Of a DNA stretch of 64,000 nt, positions 28,314-38,324 are shown piece by piece. The notes under the pieces are model-generated. The model made no database searches, was not told the DNA's origin, and was given only the letters and a program-made list of their open reading frames with translations. The position numbers were made by a program, and so were the translations under genes. Origin of the DNA: Escherichia phage vB_vPM_PD114; sequence record MH675927.1; one strand, given 5' to 3'. The first letter of the stretch is position 1. Every line of letters begins with the position of its first letter.

Positions 28314-28640
28314 TTACCAAACGTGTTGAGAAATAATAGTTTCCGTTTCAATGTTATATTTTTCAAGAAGTTGTGCATAGGCTTCTTTTGCATTCTTATT
28401 TAGTTGCTCAAGATCTACAGCTACACTTCCTTCGCCACCTTCTAAATAAATCCCATATATGCAATAAGATGCATCAGCGTCATAGAAAGGTGAGATACGG
28501 CTTAAATCAAGACCTTCTTGTAAGAACCAATTAAAATCTCCATCAAATTCTTCTTCAATTCTAGGATCTTCTCCTACAGCCTCTTCCCATTTATTAAAAG
28601 GTGCACCCTGTAACATACGCCATTCAGTGGCAACTCCCAT
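28314..28640 (-). CDS. hypothetical acidic protein
   Basis: track ORF; SD gaggagg. Confidence 0.55.
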   Translation of the reverse strand: MGVATEWRMLQGAPFNKWEEAVGEDPRIEEEFDGDFNWFLQEGLDLSRISPFYDADASYCIYGIYLEGGEGSVAVDLEQLNKNAKEAYAQLLEKYNIETETIISQHVW

Positions 28641-28776
28641 TATCTTCCTCCTCTTCTTTTTCTTCCGTGTGAACGAAGCCTAAACCGTTACAATTCCAAC
28701 ACGGAATAAATTGTTCCATACTAACAATAAAATTCCCAGTACCACCGCAGATAGGACAAATACTTACATCATCCAT
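28624..28776 (-). CDS. small zinc-ribbon protein (50 aa)
   Basis: CPICGG..CWNCNG Cys pairs; SD gaggag; overlaps downstream start by 17 nt. Confidence 0.4.
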   Translation of the reverse strand: MDDVSICPICGGTGNFIVSMEQFIPCWNCNGLGFVHTEEKEEEEDNGSCH

Positions 28777-28778
28777 TA

Positions 28779-28961
28779 TTAAAGCTCCTCAATCTTTTCT
28801 AACATCTGTTTTAACTCATTCTCTGTTAACAGAATTTCTGTGATACCATCATAAGTTTCTACCATCAGAGTAAAACATTTTTCTCCATCTGAACACACAA
28901 AAGCACCACCTTCATCTTCTGTTAAGTCAGAATTAATATCTACATCAACAAAATCAATCAT
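28779..28961 (-). CDS. hypothetical acidic protein
   Basis: track ORF 28779..28985 trimmed to ATG overlapping upstream stop. Confidence 0.5.
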   Translation of the reverse strand: MIDFVDVDINSDLTEDEGGAFVCSDGEKCFTLMVETYDGITEILLTENELKQMLEKIEEL

Positions 28962-29172
28962 CTTTTTCTCCTTTGATAATTTCAAACTTGGCTACACCAT
29001 TAACTATAATGTGACCACAAGACATAACTCCTAGCCAATGATCACCATTCTTTTTTAAACGTTTACCGTAAACATCACAGAAACCATTCTGTAATTCGGA
29101 AGCCTCATAAGAGGCTCCCTTTTCGAAAACGTCTTTGAAGTCAGAAATTAATCCAACACAAAGTAGTTTCAT
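28954..29172 (-). CDS. hypothetical protein
   Basis: track ORF; SD gaggag; ATGA overlap with nrdB stop. Confidence 0.5.
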   Translation of the reverse strand: MKLLCVGLISDFKDVFEKGASYEASELQNGFCDVYGKRLKKNGDHWLGVMSCGHIIVNGVAKFEIIKGEKDD

Positions 29173-30257
29173 TAAAAGTCTAACTCCTCGTCATCACTTA
29201 CATCTTTATTTGCTGAATTCAGTTTGTAAGCTGTAATTTGGATCTCCTGTGCTGCTGCTTGAATTTGATCTGGATTTAACCAAACATCCATCCAAGGCAG
29301 TGGACTTTTCTTCGGTGCACGGAATTTGTGTTTCATTTTCAGTCTGCGATAGATAGGCGCAGCATTGAAGTAAACCCAAAGTTTGAACAACTCTGCGTTA
29401 CCACCAACGATAATCCTTCCTTCACTAAACAGATAGTCACACCAGTCTTCCTCTTGTCCAACTACCGTGTCAAGAATTTCTGTCAGAACGTCGATATTAT
29501 CTTCGTATACTTTTCTCCAAACAGGATCTTTCAGCAGTGCATCAATAATAGCATAATCCATTTTAACGTGCAATAGTTCATCCAACATAATTTTTTGAAT
29601 GAGTTTAGCTGCACCTACAAACAGTTGCTGCTCTGCTAAAGCAAATGTTGCAGCAAAAGAGGATATGAATTGAATGCCTTCCAGACCGATAAGTGCAATC
29701 ATTCCTTTCAGGATCAGTAGACGAAGGTTATCATCCTTCTCAATCAGACCTAGAGCATATTTATGTCCTGCTTCTGCCAGATCACTCATTACCTCTTCAA
29801 CTATACCCATCCTCTGGAAGATTCTTTCATTCTCCATAATCTGATCGATAACTTCATTTGGATTAGGGATACACTGACGAATAATTTCAGAATATGTCAA
29901 AGCGTGTAAAACTTCCATTTCTGATTGCTTCATCATCATTGCACATGCTTCGTTGTTGCTTAAAAATGGTGCAAACAAAGTGATGATTGATTTAGCAAGT
30001 GAATCATTTTCCCATTGGAAAGATAGGTTTTTGATCATAACATCGTAGTTGCTTTTAGAACAAGCTACGAAATCTTTTCGTGTCTGATCTAAGTCTACTT
30101 CGTTTTCATCCCAATCTTGCTGTTTTTGTAGTTTGTACAGACGATGCATTTCTGGGTATGTTACATTAATAGAATCAAAAATACCTAACTGTTCTCCCAA
30201 AAATACAGGATAGAAACCTTCTTTGTAAGTGTCGTTGTATAAATTAATTGCTGCCAT
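29172..30257 (-). CDS. nrdB: ribonucleotide reductase class Ia beta subunit
   Basis: ferritin-like di-iron protein with EVLHAL and DELLHVK carboxylate/His blocks, acidic C-terminal tail; adjacent to nrdA. Confidence 0.8.
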   Translation of the reverse strand: MAAINLYNDTYKEGFYPVFLGEQLGIFDSINVTYPEMHRLYKLQKQQDWDENEVDLDQTRKDFVACSKSNYDVMIKNLSFQWENDSLAKSIITLFAPFLSNNEACAMMMKQSEMEVLHALTYSEIIRQCIPNPNEVIDQIMENERIFQRMGIVEEVMSDLAEAGHKYALGLIEKDDNLRLLILKGMIALIGLEGIQFISSFAATFALAEQQLFVGAAKLIQKIMLDELLHVKMDYAIIDALLKDPVWRKVYEDNIDVLTEILDTVVGQEEDWCDYLFSEGRIIVGGNAELFKLWVYFNAAPIYRRLKMKHKFRAPKKSPLPWMDVWLNPDQIQAAAQEIQITAYKLNSANKDVSDDEELDF

Positions 30258-30271
30258 TTAAAATTCTCCTC

Positions 30272-30296
30272 AATAAAAAAGGGGCCGAAGCCCATT
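30272..30296 (-). terminator. hairpin with T-run
   Basis: gggcTTCGgccc followed by TTTTTTATT on - strand. Confidence 0.4.
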
Positions 30297-30301
30297 TATA
30301 T

Positions 30302-30958
30302 TTAGCCTCGAAATACTGTTTTTGTTTCCGCCAGGTGACAATAGAAATCCGCTTTGTTTACAAGAGTGTTGTACACCTCTGGATAAAAATGTTCTTCCTC
30401 TTTGTAACGATCCGCTGTTTCCCTGATTGACTTAGCTTTATCCTTTAGCCAAGCAAAGTGTGCCTCTTCCTCTGTAGCGAAGTAGCCTAAATGCTTACCT
30501 TTACTTCCAGAGGCTTTTGCATAAATCTTACCATCTTTCCTAACATGTGCTCCTAGTAAGTATTTTCTTTCATACCTTTTAGCATAACTTAAGAGTGTAT
30601 TTATGTAAGGAGGAACAAACCTACAATATTCAGGACAATAAACAGTATTTCCTTCAAGAACAAGATCTTTATCTAAAACAAAGCCTTCCACGCTATGTTC
30701 CTGATACCAGTTATCAAAGTTTGAAAAGGTGAACCAAGCATCACACACGGTAACATCTTTATAACCTGGTCTAATGTTTTCCATATTATATGCACGATTA
30801 AACATACCCTTCCAAGCTGCATAAGAAGGGTCTATGAATGTATTAACCCTTTTCCCATTGATAACACCACCTTCCCACAATCTACGTTCAACATCCACAA
30901 TCAAGGGGATTTCTCCCCTCTCTGTGAGAACGGTAACTTTACGTTTACCCTTCTTCAT
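30302..30958 (-). CDS. putative homing endonuclease with AP2-like DNA-binding domain
   Basis: free-standing ORF between nrdA and nrdB; HLGYFATEEEAHFAW resembles AP2 domain; SD aggagaa. Confidence 0.45.
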   Translation of the reverse strand: MKKGKRKVTVLTERGEIPLIVDVERRLWEGGVINGKRVNTFIDPSYAAWKGMFNRAYNMENIRPGYKDVTVCDAWFTFSNFDNWYQEHSVEGFVLDKDLVLEGNTVYCPEYCRFVPPYINTLLSYAKRYERKYLLGAHVRKDGKIYAKASGSKGKHLGYFATEEEAHFAWLKDKAKSIRETADRYKEEEHFYPEVYNTLVNKADFYCHLAETKTVFRG

Positions 30959-30969
30959 CTGTTCTCCTA

Positions 30970-33234
30970 CTACATTTTACAGGCACTACATCCTTCGTCT
31001 TCAGAATCTTCTTGTGCAAAAGAGTCTGCTGATTTTGTTCTACTATTTAGATAGTACAAAGATTTACCACCAAGTTTTGCAAACTGAAGGATATATTGCA
31101 TTTCTGATTTAATGGATAAACGACCACCTTCCATCTTAGAATAGTCAATCCACTTATCACATGATGCGCCTTGATCTAAGAATTTAGTCAATAGTCCATA
31201 TGCTTCAGCCATATCTTTATCTGGCGTATCCCAAGCCGATTGGTAAATATCTTTTAGTTTATCATAGTCTGGCACAATAAACAGGACATTACCTTTTTGG
31301 CTTTGTTTATAAACTATAGTATCACGTACAGGATACACAGAGTTAGTCGTATTACTTACAAGACTACTGGACTCATTCGGAGCAATAGCTGCTAATACAC
31401 TATTTCGGATACCGCCTTGTGCAATGATATCTTGTCGTAAACCTTCCCAATCCATTTTAAGTTTAAAATTGCCAATATCGTCTACAGCTTTAGCGTAGGT
31501 GTCAATAGGCAACCATCCTTCAGGCCATTTGGTTTTATGCATCCATTCTGCATTACCCTTCTCTTTTGCCAAACGAAGAGAAGCTCTTGCTAACCAGTAA
31601 TAATGCCTTTCTGCTAATTCGTGAATTAGTTTTTTGCCGTAAGGATCTGAATAAGTAACAAAATTACTTGCCAGATAATGTGCAAGGTTTGTAATACCTA
31701 CACCGATAGACCTACGTGCTTTAGCAGTGATTTCGTTATGTTTAAACGGATACTGCATTGTTTCAATAACATTATCAATAGTTAGAACTGTATAATATGC
31801 AACATCTTCATATTCTTCTGGTGTAACACGACCAGCTACAATAGAAGACAGGAAGCATAATGCCAATTCTTGATCTTCTGTATTCTCACCTGTGAAAAGA
31901 TCAGTCATATTGTGAAATGCTTTCGTAGGTAAGAAAATTTCTTGGCACAAGTTTGACTGATAAATAACATCCTTAAACGGAGTATGCCTATTAGCATTAT
32001 CCGCAAAGAACATATAAATACGTCCTGTCTCTGCTCTTTGTGTAATAATTTCTGCCAGAAGATCTCGTGCTTTTACAAACTTCTTCTTAATACGTTTGCG
32101 ACTAACTTTTTCATATACTTCTTCAAACTCTTCCTCGCTTTTATAAAGCGCCTCATAGAGTTCTGGTGCTTCGTCATAACTAACTAGCATCCAATCTTTA
32201 CCTTTTGCTGCACGGCGCAGGAAAGCATTGTTTACTACGATAGAGTAATCAAGTTTATCTACTCGTTTTTCACTAACAGTAGTTGGGTTTTTCAAACGTA
32301 CCAAATCTTCAAAATCAGGTTCTAATATTGTAAACGTTACTGTTGCACTTCCACCACGACTTGCTTGTTTTGATGCTCCAACACTTGTCTCCATCCATTT
32401 CAGATATGGTAAAAGACCACCGTGAACGATACGGTTGTTCTTAACACCTTGTCCTGTGGCACGGGTTTGAAGGTTAACACCAATACCTGCATTATTCAAT
32501 GTATATTCATGCGCAAGATAGTTAGCAATTGCTAAAGATTCTGCTGTATCATCTGCTCTAAACAGACAACAAGAAGCACTACCTTTAATCTTAGTACGCA
32601 AAGTTGTTAAATAAGGCGATGGTAAATTAATCTTAAGATCACTTACGTAGGTATATAGACGTTTAATGTCTTCTACTCTGCGATCTTTTGGTTGGATTTC
32701 CATTACCTTCATTGCTACACCAATGAATAAAAACTGTGGTGATTCAAAAACAACATCATTGATCGCATCTTTCACAAGATACTTATCAACCATCTGGCGC
32801 AGTACGGAATAACCATAAGTTAGGTTTTTATCGTGATTGACAATTTTACCAATCTCAATAATTTCTTCTTCTGTATAATCCATTTTTCCCCAATAGCCTT
32901 TACTTACAGACATATTGTAGAAATCCAGGAGGGAGGGGATATTATGATATCCCCCATGAGCCTGTTTATAAATCATACCAAGAAGTAACCGACCTGCCAT
33001 ATCACTATATGCCTGATCTTTCTTATCAATACATGCTGCTATCATAGCTTTATGTAAATCACGAGTAGGCACACCGTCGTAACAACGTTTAACAGCTTCA
33101 AGTTCAATTTCAGACCAATTTAATTTACCAGCAGCAAACTCTGACCATTTACGAAGTTTTTCTGGATTAAATTCTTCTTTCTTGCCGTTTGTTTTTGTTA
33201 CATAACGGATAGATTTGCTTAGATACTGAGTCAC
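30970..33234 (-). CDS. nrdA: ribonucleotide reductase class Ia alpha subunit
   Basis: 754 aa; active-site NLCQE, C-terminal CSACKM redox pair; start codon at 33234 not verified. Confidence 0.85.
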   Translation of the reverse strand: MTQYLSKSIRYVTKTNGKKEEFNPEKLRKWSEFAAGKLNWSEIELEAVKRCYDGVPTRDLHKAMIAACIDKKDQAYSDMAGRLLLGMIYKQAHGGYHNIPSLLDFYNMSVSKGYWGKMDYTEEEIIEIGKIVNHDKNLTYGYSVLRQMVDKYLVKDAINDVVFESPQFLFIGVAMKVMEIQPKDRRVEDIKRLYTYVSDLKINLPSPYLTTLRTKIKGSASCCLFRADDTAESLAIANYLAHEYTLNNAGIGVNLQTRATGQGVKNNRIVHGGLLPYLKWMETSVGASKQASRGGSATVTFTILEPDFEDLVRLKNPTTVSEKRVDKLDYSIVVNNAFLRRAAKGKDWMLVSYDEAPELYEALYKSEEEFEEVYEKVSRKRIKKKFVKARDLLAEIITQRAETGRIYMFFADNANRHTPFKDVIYQSNLCQEIFLPTKAFHNMTDLFTGENTEDQELALCFLSSIVAGRVTPEEYEDVAYYTVLTIDNVIETMQYPFKHNEITAKARRSIGVGITNLAHYLASNFVTYSDPYGKKLIHELAERHYYWLARASLRLAKEKGNAEWMHKTKWPEGWLPIDTYAKAVDDIGNFKLKMDWEGLRQDIIAQGGIRNSVLAAIAPNESSSLVSNTTNSVYPVRDTIVYKQSQKGNVLFIVPDYDKLKDIYQSAWDTPDKDMAEAYGLLTKFLDQGASCDKWIDYSKMEGGRLSIKSEMQYILQFAKLGGKSLYYLNSRTKSADSFAQEDSEDEGCSACKM

Positions 33235-33245
33235 TTCCTCTCCTA

Positions 33246-33506
33246 TTAATTGTGCATGTTTAGAACATCTACATCATAACCGCCACGCATCTCATTATAT
33301 AAGCCATTTGCGTATAGAAAACCTTCAAAATGATCTATACCTTCAAAACCTTTTGCCTTTGCTTTGCGGTCTGCTTCTTGTCTTTTTGGGGATAATCTTT
33401 TAGATGTATCAAGGATAACTGTTACATTGCAACCTAATGTTTCATCAAAATAGACTTCAATTTCACAGCCTTCATATTTATTACTTTCTGTCATTTGGCC
33501 TCTCAA
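33246..33506 (-). CDS. hypothetical protein
   Basis: track ORF. Confidence 0.5.
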   Translation of the reverse strand: MRGQMTESNKYEGCEIEVYFDETLGCNVTVILDTSKRLSPKRQEADRKAKAKGFEGIDHFEGFLYANGLYNEMRGGYDVDVLNMHN

Positions 33507-33917
33507 TTAGAATTCAGAATCATCATCTCGTGATGGATCATGTTCATTTCCGAAGTCTTCCATTTTGATATGAGAGCTACCCCAACCTGTAAAATCTTCT
33601 TCTCCAAAGTGCAAAATATCTACACCTTGATAGATTCGCTTATATTTATAGTCTTGTCGAACTGGGAAAGTATACAATGTAGTATTTGCAAACACCACAC
33701 GTCGATTGTTGTTACTACGAATATTAACACCACGTTCTACTGTATAATGTCCATCGGTAGACATACCAAGCATTACTAATGCTGCTCGCAATGTAGTGTT
33801 ATGATACTCGTGAGGAATTTTTCCTCCGTGTTTTTTAGCCATTTCTTTCCAGATCGGTGTAGCCTTAATGGTAGACATACTTACGGTCGCCCAAATGGTT
33901 GTATTAATTAGTGACAT
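33507..33917 (-). CDS. hypothetical protein
   Basis: track ORF; SD gaaggag. Confidence 0.55.
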   Translation of the reverse strand: MSLINTTIWATVSMSTIKATPIWKEMAKKHGGKIPHEYHNTTLRAALVMLGMSTDGHYTVERGVNIRSNNNRRVVFANTTLYTFPVRQDYKYKRIYQGVDILHFGEEDFTGWGSSHIKMEDFGNEHDPSRDDDSEF

Positions 33918-34014
33918 AAATTCTCCTTCTCTCTTTTAAGGAGAGCATAGCTCTCCTAACGTTAGCCTATACTACACGAATCTCAATTAAAAGTCAACTA
34001 TAATTTTAAGTTGA

Positions 34015-34986
34015 TCACCATTTTGTATGGTTAGTCAAAAGTTGACGATGTTGAATCCAACCACAGAAGTTTCCACTCCATAAACGATGTTTACGATCCA
34101 TATGTGTAATACCTTCTTCCCAAGAAGTAGGGAACGGAGGAATATTAATACCACCTTTCTGTTGTTTTAATCCTGACAAATCCATTTCTTTCATTGGTGT
34201 TGCCTGGTGTTCAAACGGGGATGCATGTACCTTTTGTCCAGACAGCAAACGAGAATAGATATCCAATGCTTTATCTTTAGTATCATTCAACTTACGATAA
34301 CTTACCTGAGCGCAACAAGAAGCTGAAATAGCTTTTGCTTCATCTTCTGTCAACATTTTCTCGTTGGAGAAGGTTTCACCCAAGAAATAACGGATCATAC
34401 CAGTTTCTGGATCTCGATCACGATTAACGTAAGGTGTATGCCATTCTCCTGGGAAAAGAAGATATGGTTCAGAAGATTCATACAGTTTTTTAATTTCTTT
34501 AGCAAGAGCCTCAATAGTAGGATCTGCATCAGCATCTACGCGCAACCACAAGAAGTTTTCTAGCTCTGTAGTGGTTACTACAGTCTTCATACGCTGAAAT
34601 GGTTCTAGTAGTCGGTTTGCAACCTGTTTATGATAACCAGCAAGGGCAAACTCTTCTGCAAAACGTGCAGCACTTAGCGCAGCCAAGTCCCACCATTCTT
34701 TTGCAGTATAACCTGCATCAATCAGGGCATCGTGATCTGTGCCTTTATCTTGCATACCTGGTTGGTTAGCACCAAAGCGATAAGGACGTGCTGGAGATTG
34801 CCGTACCATTTCAATTAGAGTTTTAACAGGGATAGCTCGACTTGATGCGGCATTACGAGAAAACAAACGATGCGTCATCAATTCAGAGTGAATGATTCGA
34901 GGATATTCAAGTTCAAAGGTAACAATATCCTTACCTTCGGATGTTTGAGAGTGTGCAATAATTTTTGCTGAAATAGAATTTGTCAT
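34015..34986 (-). CDS. thyX: flavin-dependent thymidylate synthase
   Basis: ThyX signature MTHRLFSRNAASSRAIP (RHR...S). Confidence 0.8.
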   Translation of the reverse strand: MTNSISAKIIAHSQTSEGKDIVTFELEYPRIIHSELMTHRLFSRNAASSRAIPVKTLIEMVRQSPARPYRFGANQPGMQDKGTDHDALIDAGYTAKEWWDLAALSAARFAEEFALAGYHKQVANRLLEPFQRMKTVVTTTELENFLWLRVDADADPTIEALAKEIKKLYESSEPYLLFPGEWHTPYVNRDRDPETGMIRYFLGETFSNEKMLTEDEAKAISASCCAQVSYRKLNDTKDKALDIYSRLLSGQKVHASPFEHQATPMKEMDLSGLKQQKGGINIPPFPTSWEEGITHMDRKHRLWSGNFCGWIQHRQLLTNHTKW

Positions 34987-34995
34987 TATTTCTCC

Positions 34996-35586
34996 TTAAG
35001 GTAGTAAAATACTTTCAATTTCTTCCCACTGATTATCTAAACCAGTGATAATTACATTAGGAAGTTTCTTTAACTCTTCCAAATATGGATCTTCGTAAAT
35101 AGTGTTGAAATATATTTTCAACGTTTCATCTGGAAACAGGACAAGATTTTCAGCCCTATCGTCAATAGTTACATCGCAAGGTAATAAGTATTTTTCTTTT
35201 GTTGCGAAAAAACCATTACCAGATGTTCTACTAAAATCCACTTTATCTAAAGATCGTGTTACGTGTCTATATTTAGAACTAAGGTGTCCACCCTTAGTGT
35301 GGCTTGCTATAGATATATTAGCTCCATTTGCAATTATACGATGAACAACATCTGTACTATTAGGTACTACTCCCATAGTATCATATAGATGTTGGTTATC
35401 CCAAAAAGAGTAAGGATCTACACCAAATTGCTTTTTAAAATCAGGGAAATATTTCGTAATATCATAGTGCACAGTTTTATGTGTCTTATCAAATTTGATA
35501 TTAGATCTACTTACCGCATTTAACCAATTTAACCATTCTATATCCGCTGGAGCTATTACTAAATCCCAATCACATACTAGACGCAT
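34996..35586 (-). CDS. putative HAD-family 5'-nucleotidase
   Basis: DWD (DxD) near trimmed N-terminus and IDDR near C-terminus; track ORF 34996..35700 trimmed to ATG after aggagaa. Confidence 0.4.
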   Translation of the reverse strand: MRLVCDWDLVIAPADIEWLNWLNAVSRSNIKFDKTHKTVHYDITKYFPDFKKQFGVDPYSFWDNQHLYDTMGVVPNSTDVVHRIIANGANISIASHTKGGHLSSKYRHVTRSLDKVDFSRTSGNGFFATKEKYLLPCDVTIDDRAENLVLFPDETLKIYFNTIYEDPYLEELKKLPNVIITGLDNQWEEIESILLP

Positions 35587-36133
35587 TATTTCTCCTGTTA
35601 TAACATTTTCTACACATTGTTTCGTAAATGTCTTCTCCTCCAATAACAATCTGTTCTTTAGAGTCGATAAGTCTAGCATTGAAAATAGCTTTTCTTCCAC
35701 ATTTACAAATGCTTTTCAATTCTGTAATTGAATCTGCTATGGCTAATAACCGTTCAGAACCTTCAAACAATTCTGTAGCAAAATCTGTTTTAAGTCCATA
35801 GCAGAATACAGGAATATCGTAATTATCTACCACATCTCCAAGAATGTCAACCATATCTTTAGTTAGGAATTGTGATTCGTCCACAAATACTGCATCTACT
35901 GGATTTTCTTTAAGTTGTGTATAAATTTCCAGCATATCTTCTTTTGTTTTAACTGGTTTTGCTTCCTCTTTAATACCTATCCTGGAAGCAATAGCACCAC
36001 CAGATCTGGTATCTAAAGCTGAAGTTAAAAGAAGAACTTTCATATTTCTTTCTTTATAGTTCCAAGCTGTTTGTAGCAGATGTGTGCTTTTACCACTGTT
36101 CATTGGACTATATCGGAAATAAAGTTTAGCCAT
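35570..36133 (-). CDS. tdk: thymidine kinase
   Basis: P-loop YSPMNSGKST, C-terminal CKCGRK...CRKCY zinc site. Confidence 0.85.
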   Translation of the reverse strand: MAKLYFRYSPMNSGKSTHLLQTAWNYKERNMKVLLLTSALDTRSGGAIASRIGIKEEAKPVKTKEDMLEIYTQLKENPVDAVFVDESQFLTKDMVDILGDVVDNYDIPVFCYGLKTDFATELFEGSERLLAIADSITELKSICKCGRKAIFNARLIDSKEQIVIGGEDIYETMCRKCYNRRNNASSM

Positions 36134-36178
36134 ATTTTCTCCTCTAACGCTCCCATTTGTGGGAGCGATAATACTTTA

Positions 36179-36754
36179 TTATTTTTCTTCATCAAGAAGA
36201 ATTTTTACTATTTGTTTTCTTCGCTTACTTACTGTACTTTCTGGTGAAATTCCGCGCTTCGTTAGCCAATTTTTATCCTTTTTAGACTGGCATAAAGCTA
36301 TCGCTTCCTTCTCCGCTTTTGCTTCCCTGAATGTCATATCGTGCTTGTCAGCATAAGCTAGGATAGCGTTACACTGCTTACAAACTACACGCAGGTCGTC
36401 TTCTGTTACATACAATAGGCGTAAAACAAAACTTGGGATATCTTCATAACAGGTTAATGTACCTGCTGCATTAATATGGTCTACTTGAAAGTCTTTCATA
36501 CCTCCTGTATGTCCACACAATTCACATTTACAATTCCAAACCTGTTTCGGTTTGCCTGTTTTCTTATCTAAAACTACATTGCCATCTTTGTCCAACCTAT
36601 CGGCTTTAAATCGTACAGATTGGATCTTTTTTATCTTATTCGGGTGTCTCACCCATGCTTTCCTTAAGCAACCCCTTAAATATGTATAAAAGGCTGCTTG
36701 AGTTTTCCAAGGTGTTCCATCTCCCCAAATAATTTTAGGTTCTTTATTTTCCAA
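36179..36754 (-). CDS. HNH endonuclease (free-standing)
   Basis: CELCGH...DHINAAG...CKQCN HNH/zinc motifs; alternative start codon per track. Confidence 0.65.
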   Translation of the reverse strand: MENKEPKIIWGDGTPWKTQAAFYTYLRGCLRKAWVRHPNKIKKIQSVRFKADRLDKDGNVVLDKKTGKPKQVWNCKCELCGHTGGMKDFQVDHINAAGTLTCYEDIPSFVLRLLYVTEDDLRVVCKQCNAILAYADKHDMTFREAKAEKEAIALCQSKKDKNWLTKRGISPESTVSKRRKQIVKILLDEEK

Positions 36755-36938
36755 TAGTGCTCACCTTTTTAGCTACATAATCTCCAGGTGGAATGTTATA
36801 TTTAAAGAAAAGCATACGGTCTAAACCAGCCTTACACATGTTTTCTGGGATTGTGATTGTATATAGGAGTTTATCTCCACGTTTATTGTATATTTTATAT
36901 ACTTCACCCTCTCCGTATTGTTTACCGTGAGAAGCCAT
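36744..36938 (-). CDS. hypothetical protein
   Basis: track ORF; SD gaaggagag. Confidence 0.5.
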   Translation of the reverse strand: MASHGKQYGEGEVYKIYNKRGDKLLYTITIPENMCKAGLDRMLFFKYNIPPGDYVAKKVSTIGK

Positions 36939-37323
36939 CTACACTCTCCTTCAATTGTTCAATAGCATCTGCTGCTTCAATATACTTACCTTTATACATT
37001 GCTTTTAAAGCCTTACGAACAAGATTATCGTCTGTGTATAAATCAATTAGCTGATTAGCTAACTCAATTTTTACAGGATTTTTTAAGTTAGGGTAGGCTT
37101 CATACAACATATTGTAATATTTATCACTCAATTCTTTTTCAATATGAATAACGTGAATCGCTTTGTTTAGGTTGATCACACGATCACCTTTGTTTCGACA
37201 AGCATACTTAGCTAACTTAGTGAAACAAGGAGTTGCACCAATTAGATATGCAAGTTCCAAAGGTTGCATACGCATACGTTTGTAGTGATCACCATCAATT
37301 TGAATATCCAGTGCTGTAGTCAT
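36922..37323 (-). CDS. hypothetical protein
   Basis: track ORF; SD tggagg. Confidence 0.55.
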   Translation of the reverse strand: MTTALDIQIDGDHYKRMRMQPLELAYLIGATPCFTKLAKYACRNKGDRVINLNKAIHVIHIEKELSDKYYNMLYEAYPNLKNPVKIELANQLIDLYTDDNLVRKALKAMYKGKYIEAADAIEQLKESVDGFSR

Positions 37324-37332
37324 AAATCCTCC

Positions 37333-37362
37333 AAAAATAAAGGGGCTTTCGCCCCTTTTTAT
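37333..37362 (-). terminator. hairpin terminator, possibly bidirectional
   Basis: aaaggggcTTTCgcccctttt with T/A runs on both sides. Confidence 0.5.
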
Positions 37363-38324
37363 TAAATTCCAATAACAGTGTTTACACGCTTCTCTTTGCT
37401 ACGCAAATTAACACGTCCACGAGACAGGCTATTACATGATGTGCATCTTAGCACTTGGAATGTACTAACCGCTGTTGTGTAAACCTTACCAGGAACAACT
37501 TCAAGGTGCTCTTTACCGCAACGAGGACAACGAAGTTTTTCATCGTCATAGAATGCAGATACGTTAGGATGTTGTGGAATCCACGCACGAAGTTTGATGT
37601 AAAGATCTCTAAGAGAAACAACATCACCATCGTTGTATGTTTGCATACGGAAGAAGGCGTGTCTGTCTCCTTCACAACATGCTTTCCACAAAGGAAAACC
37701 TTCATTATCAAGTTTAAAGTTTTCTGTATCAAAATACAAACACATTTCTTTAAGCGCATTAGAAGGTAGTGCAAACTGCTTCTTAGCTGCCTTGAGTGTA
37801 TCAATCACAACATAGTGTGATGGTGGCTCCATACCGTGAAAAGCAAAACGTTGGTTAATATAAGCCTTATCAAACTTAATACCGTTGTGTGCGATCACAA
37901 TATCTGCATCGTCAAGCAAGTGCCACAGATCTTGACATAATTCCCAATCATCTGTATGATCTATGTCAAACAGAGGATAATTGCTAAGGTTCTTACCTTC
38001 TACTTCTCCTGTTTCTAAATCAGCAGATGAATAGGAAAGCAAGTAACCTCGACGAATAACTTGTTCAGGTGCAATAAAGGCTTTGAAACGTGAGAAGCTA
38101 TACACAATCTCCGGTGCTGTCTCTACGTCAATAATTTTAATTACTGGCCCACCTTTATCTTGGGGAGCACCGCGATGTGGTGAATTTACACGAGCTAAGT
38201 AATCATTTACTGTGCTCTTCTTAGTAGAACTTCCCAACACCTCTTGTGCAATCTTACGCGAAGAATAACCTTGTGCTTTCATAGATACAATCAAGGCTTT
38301 CTGTTCGTCTGTTAATTTACTCAA
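37362..38324 (-). CDS. 3'-5' exonuclease (DEDDh/DnaQ-like)
   Basis: Exo I IIDVETA, Exo II HNGIKFDKAY; C-terminal Cys pairs. Confidence 0.65.
   Translation of the reverse strand: MSKLTDEQKALIVSMKAQGYSSRKIAQEVLGSSTKKSTVNDYLARVNSPHRGAPQDKGGPVIKIIDVETAPEIVYSFSRFKAFIAPEQVIRRGYLLSYSSADLETGEVEGKNLSNYPLFDIDHTDDWELCQDLWHLLDDADIVIAHNGIKFDKAYINQRFAFHGMEPPSHYVVIDTLKAAKKQFALPSNALKEMCLYFDTENFKLDNEGFPLWKACCEGDRHAFFRMQTYNDGDVVSLRDLYIKLRAWIPQHPNVSAFYDDEKLRCPRCGKEHLEVVPGKVYTTAVSTFQVLRCTSCNSLSRGRVNLRSKEKRVNTVIGI

Noticed and set aside
37448-37815. Three overlapping ORFs (37448..37804 -, 37455..37769 +, 37633..37815 +)
   Set aside because: All lie inside the DEDDh exonuclease gene 37362..38324 in other frames or antisense; the exonuclease frame carries the recognisable motifs.
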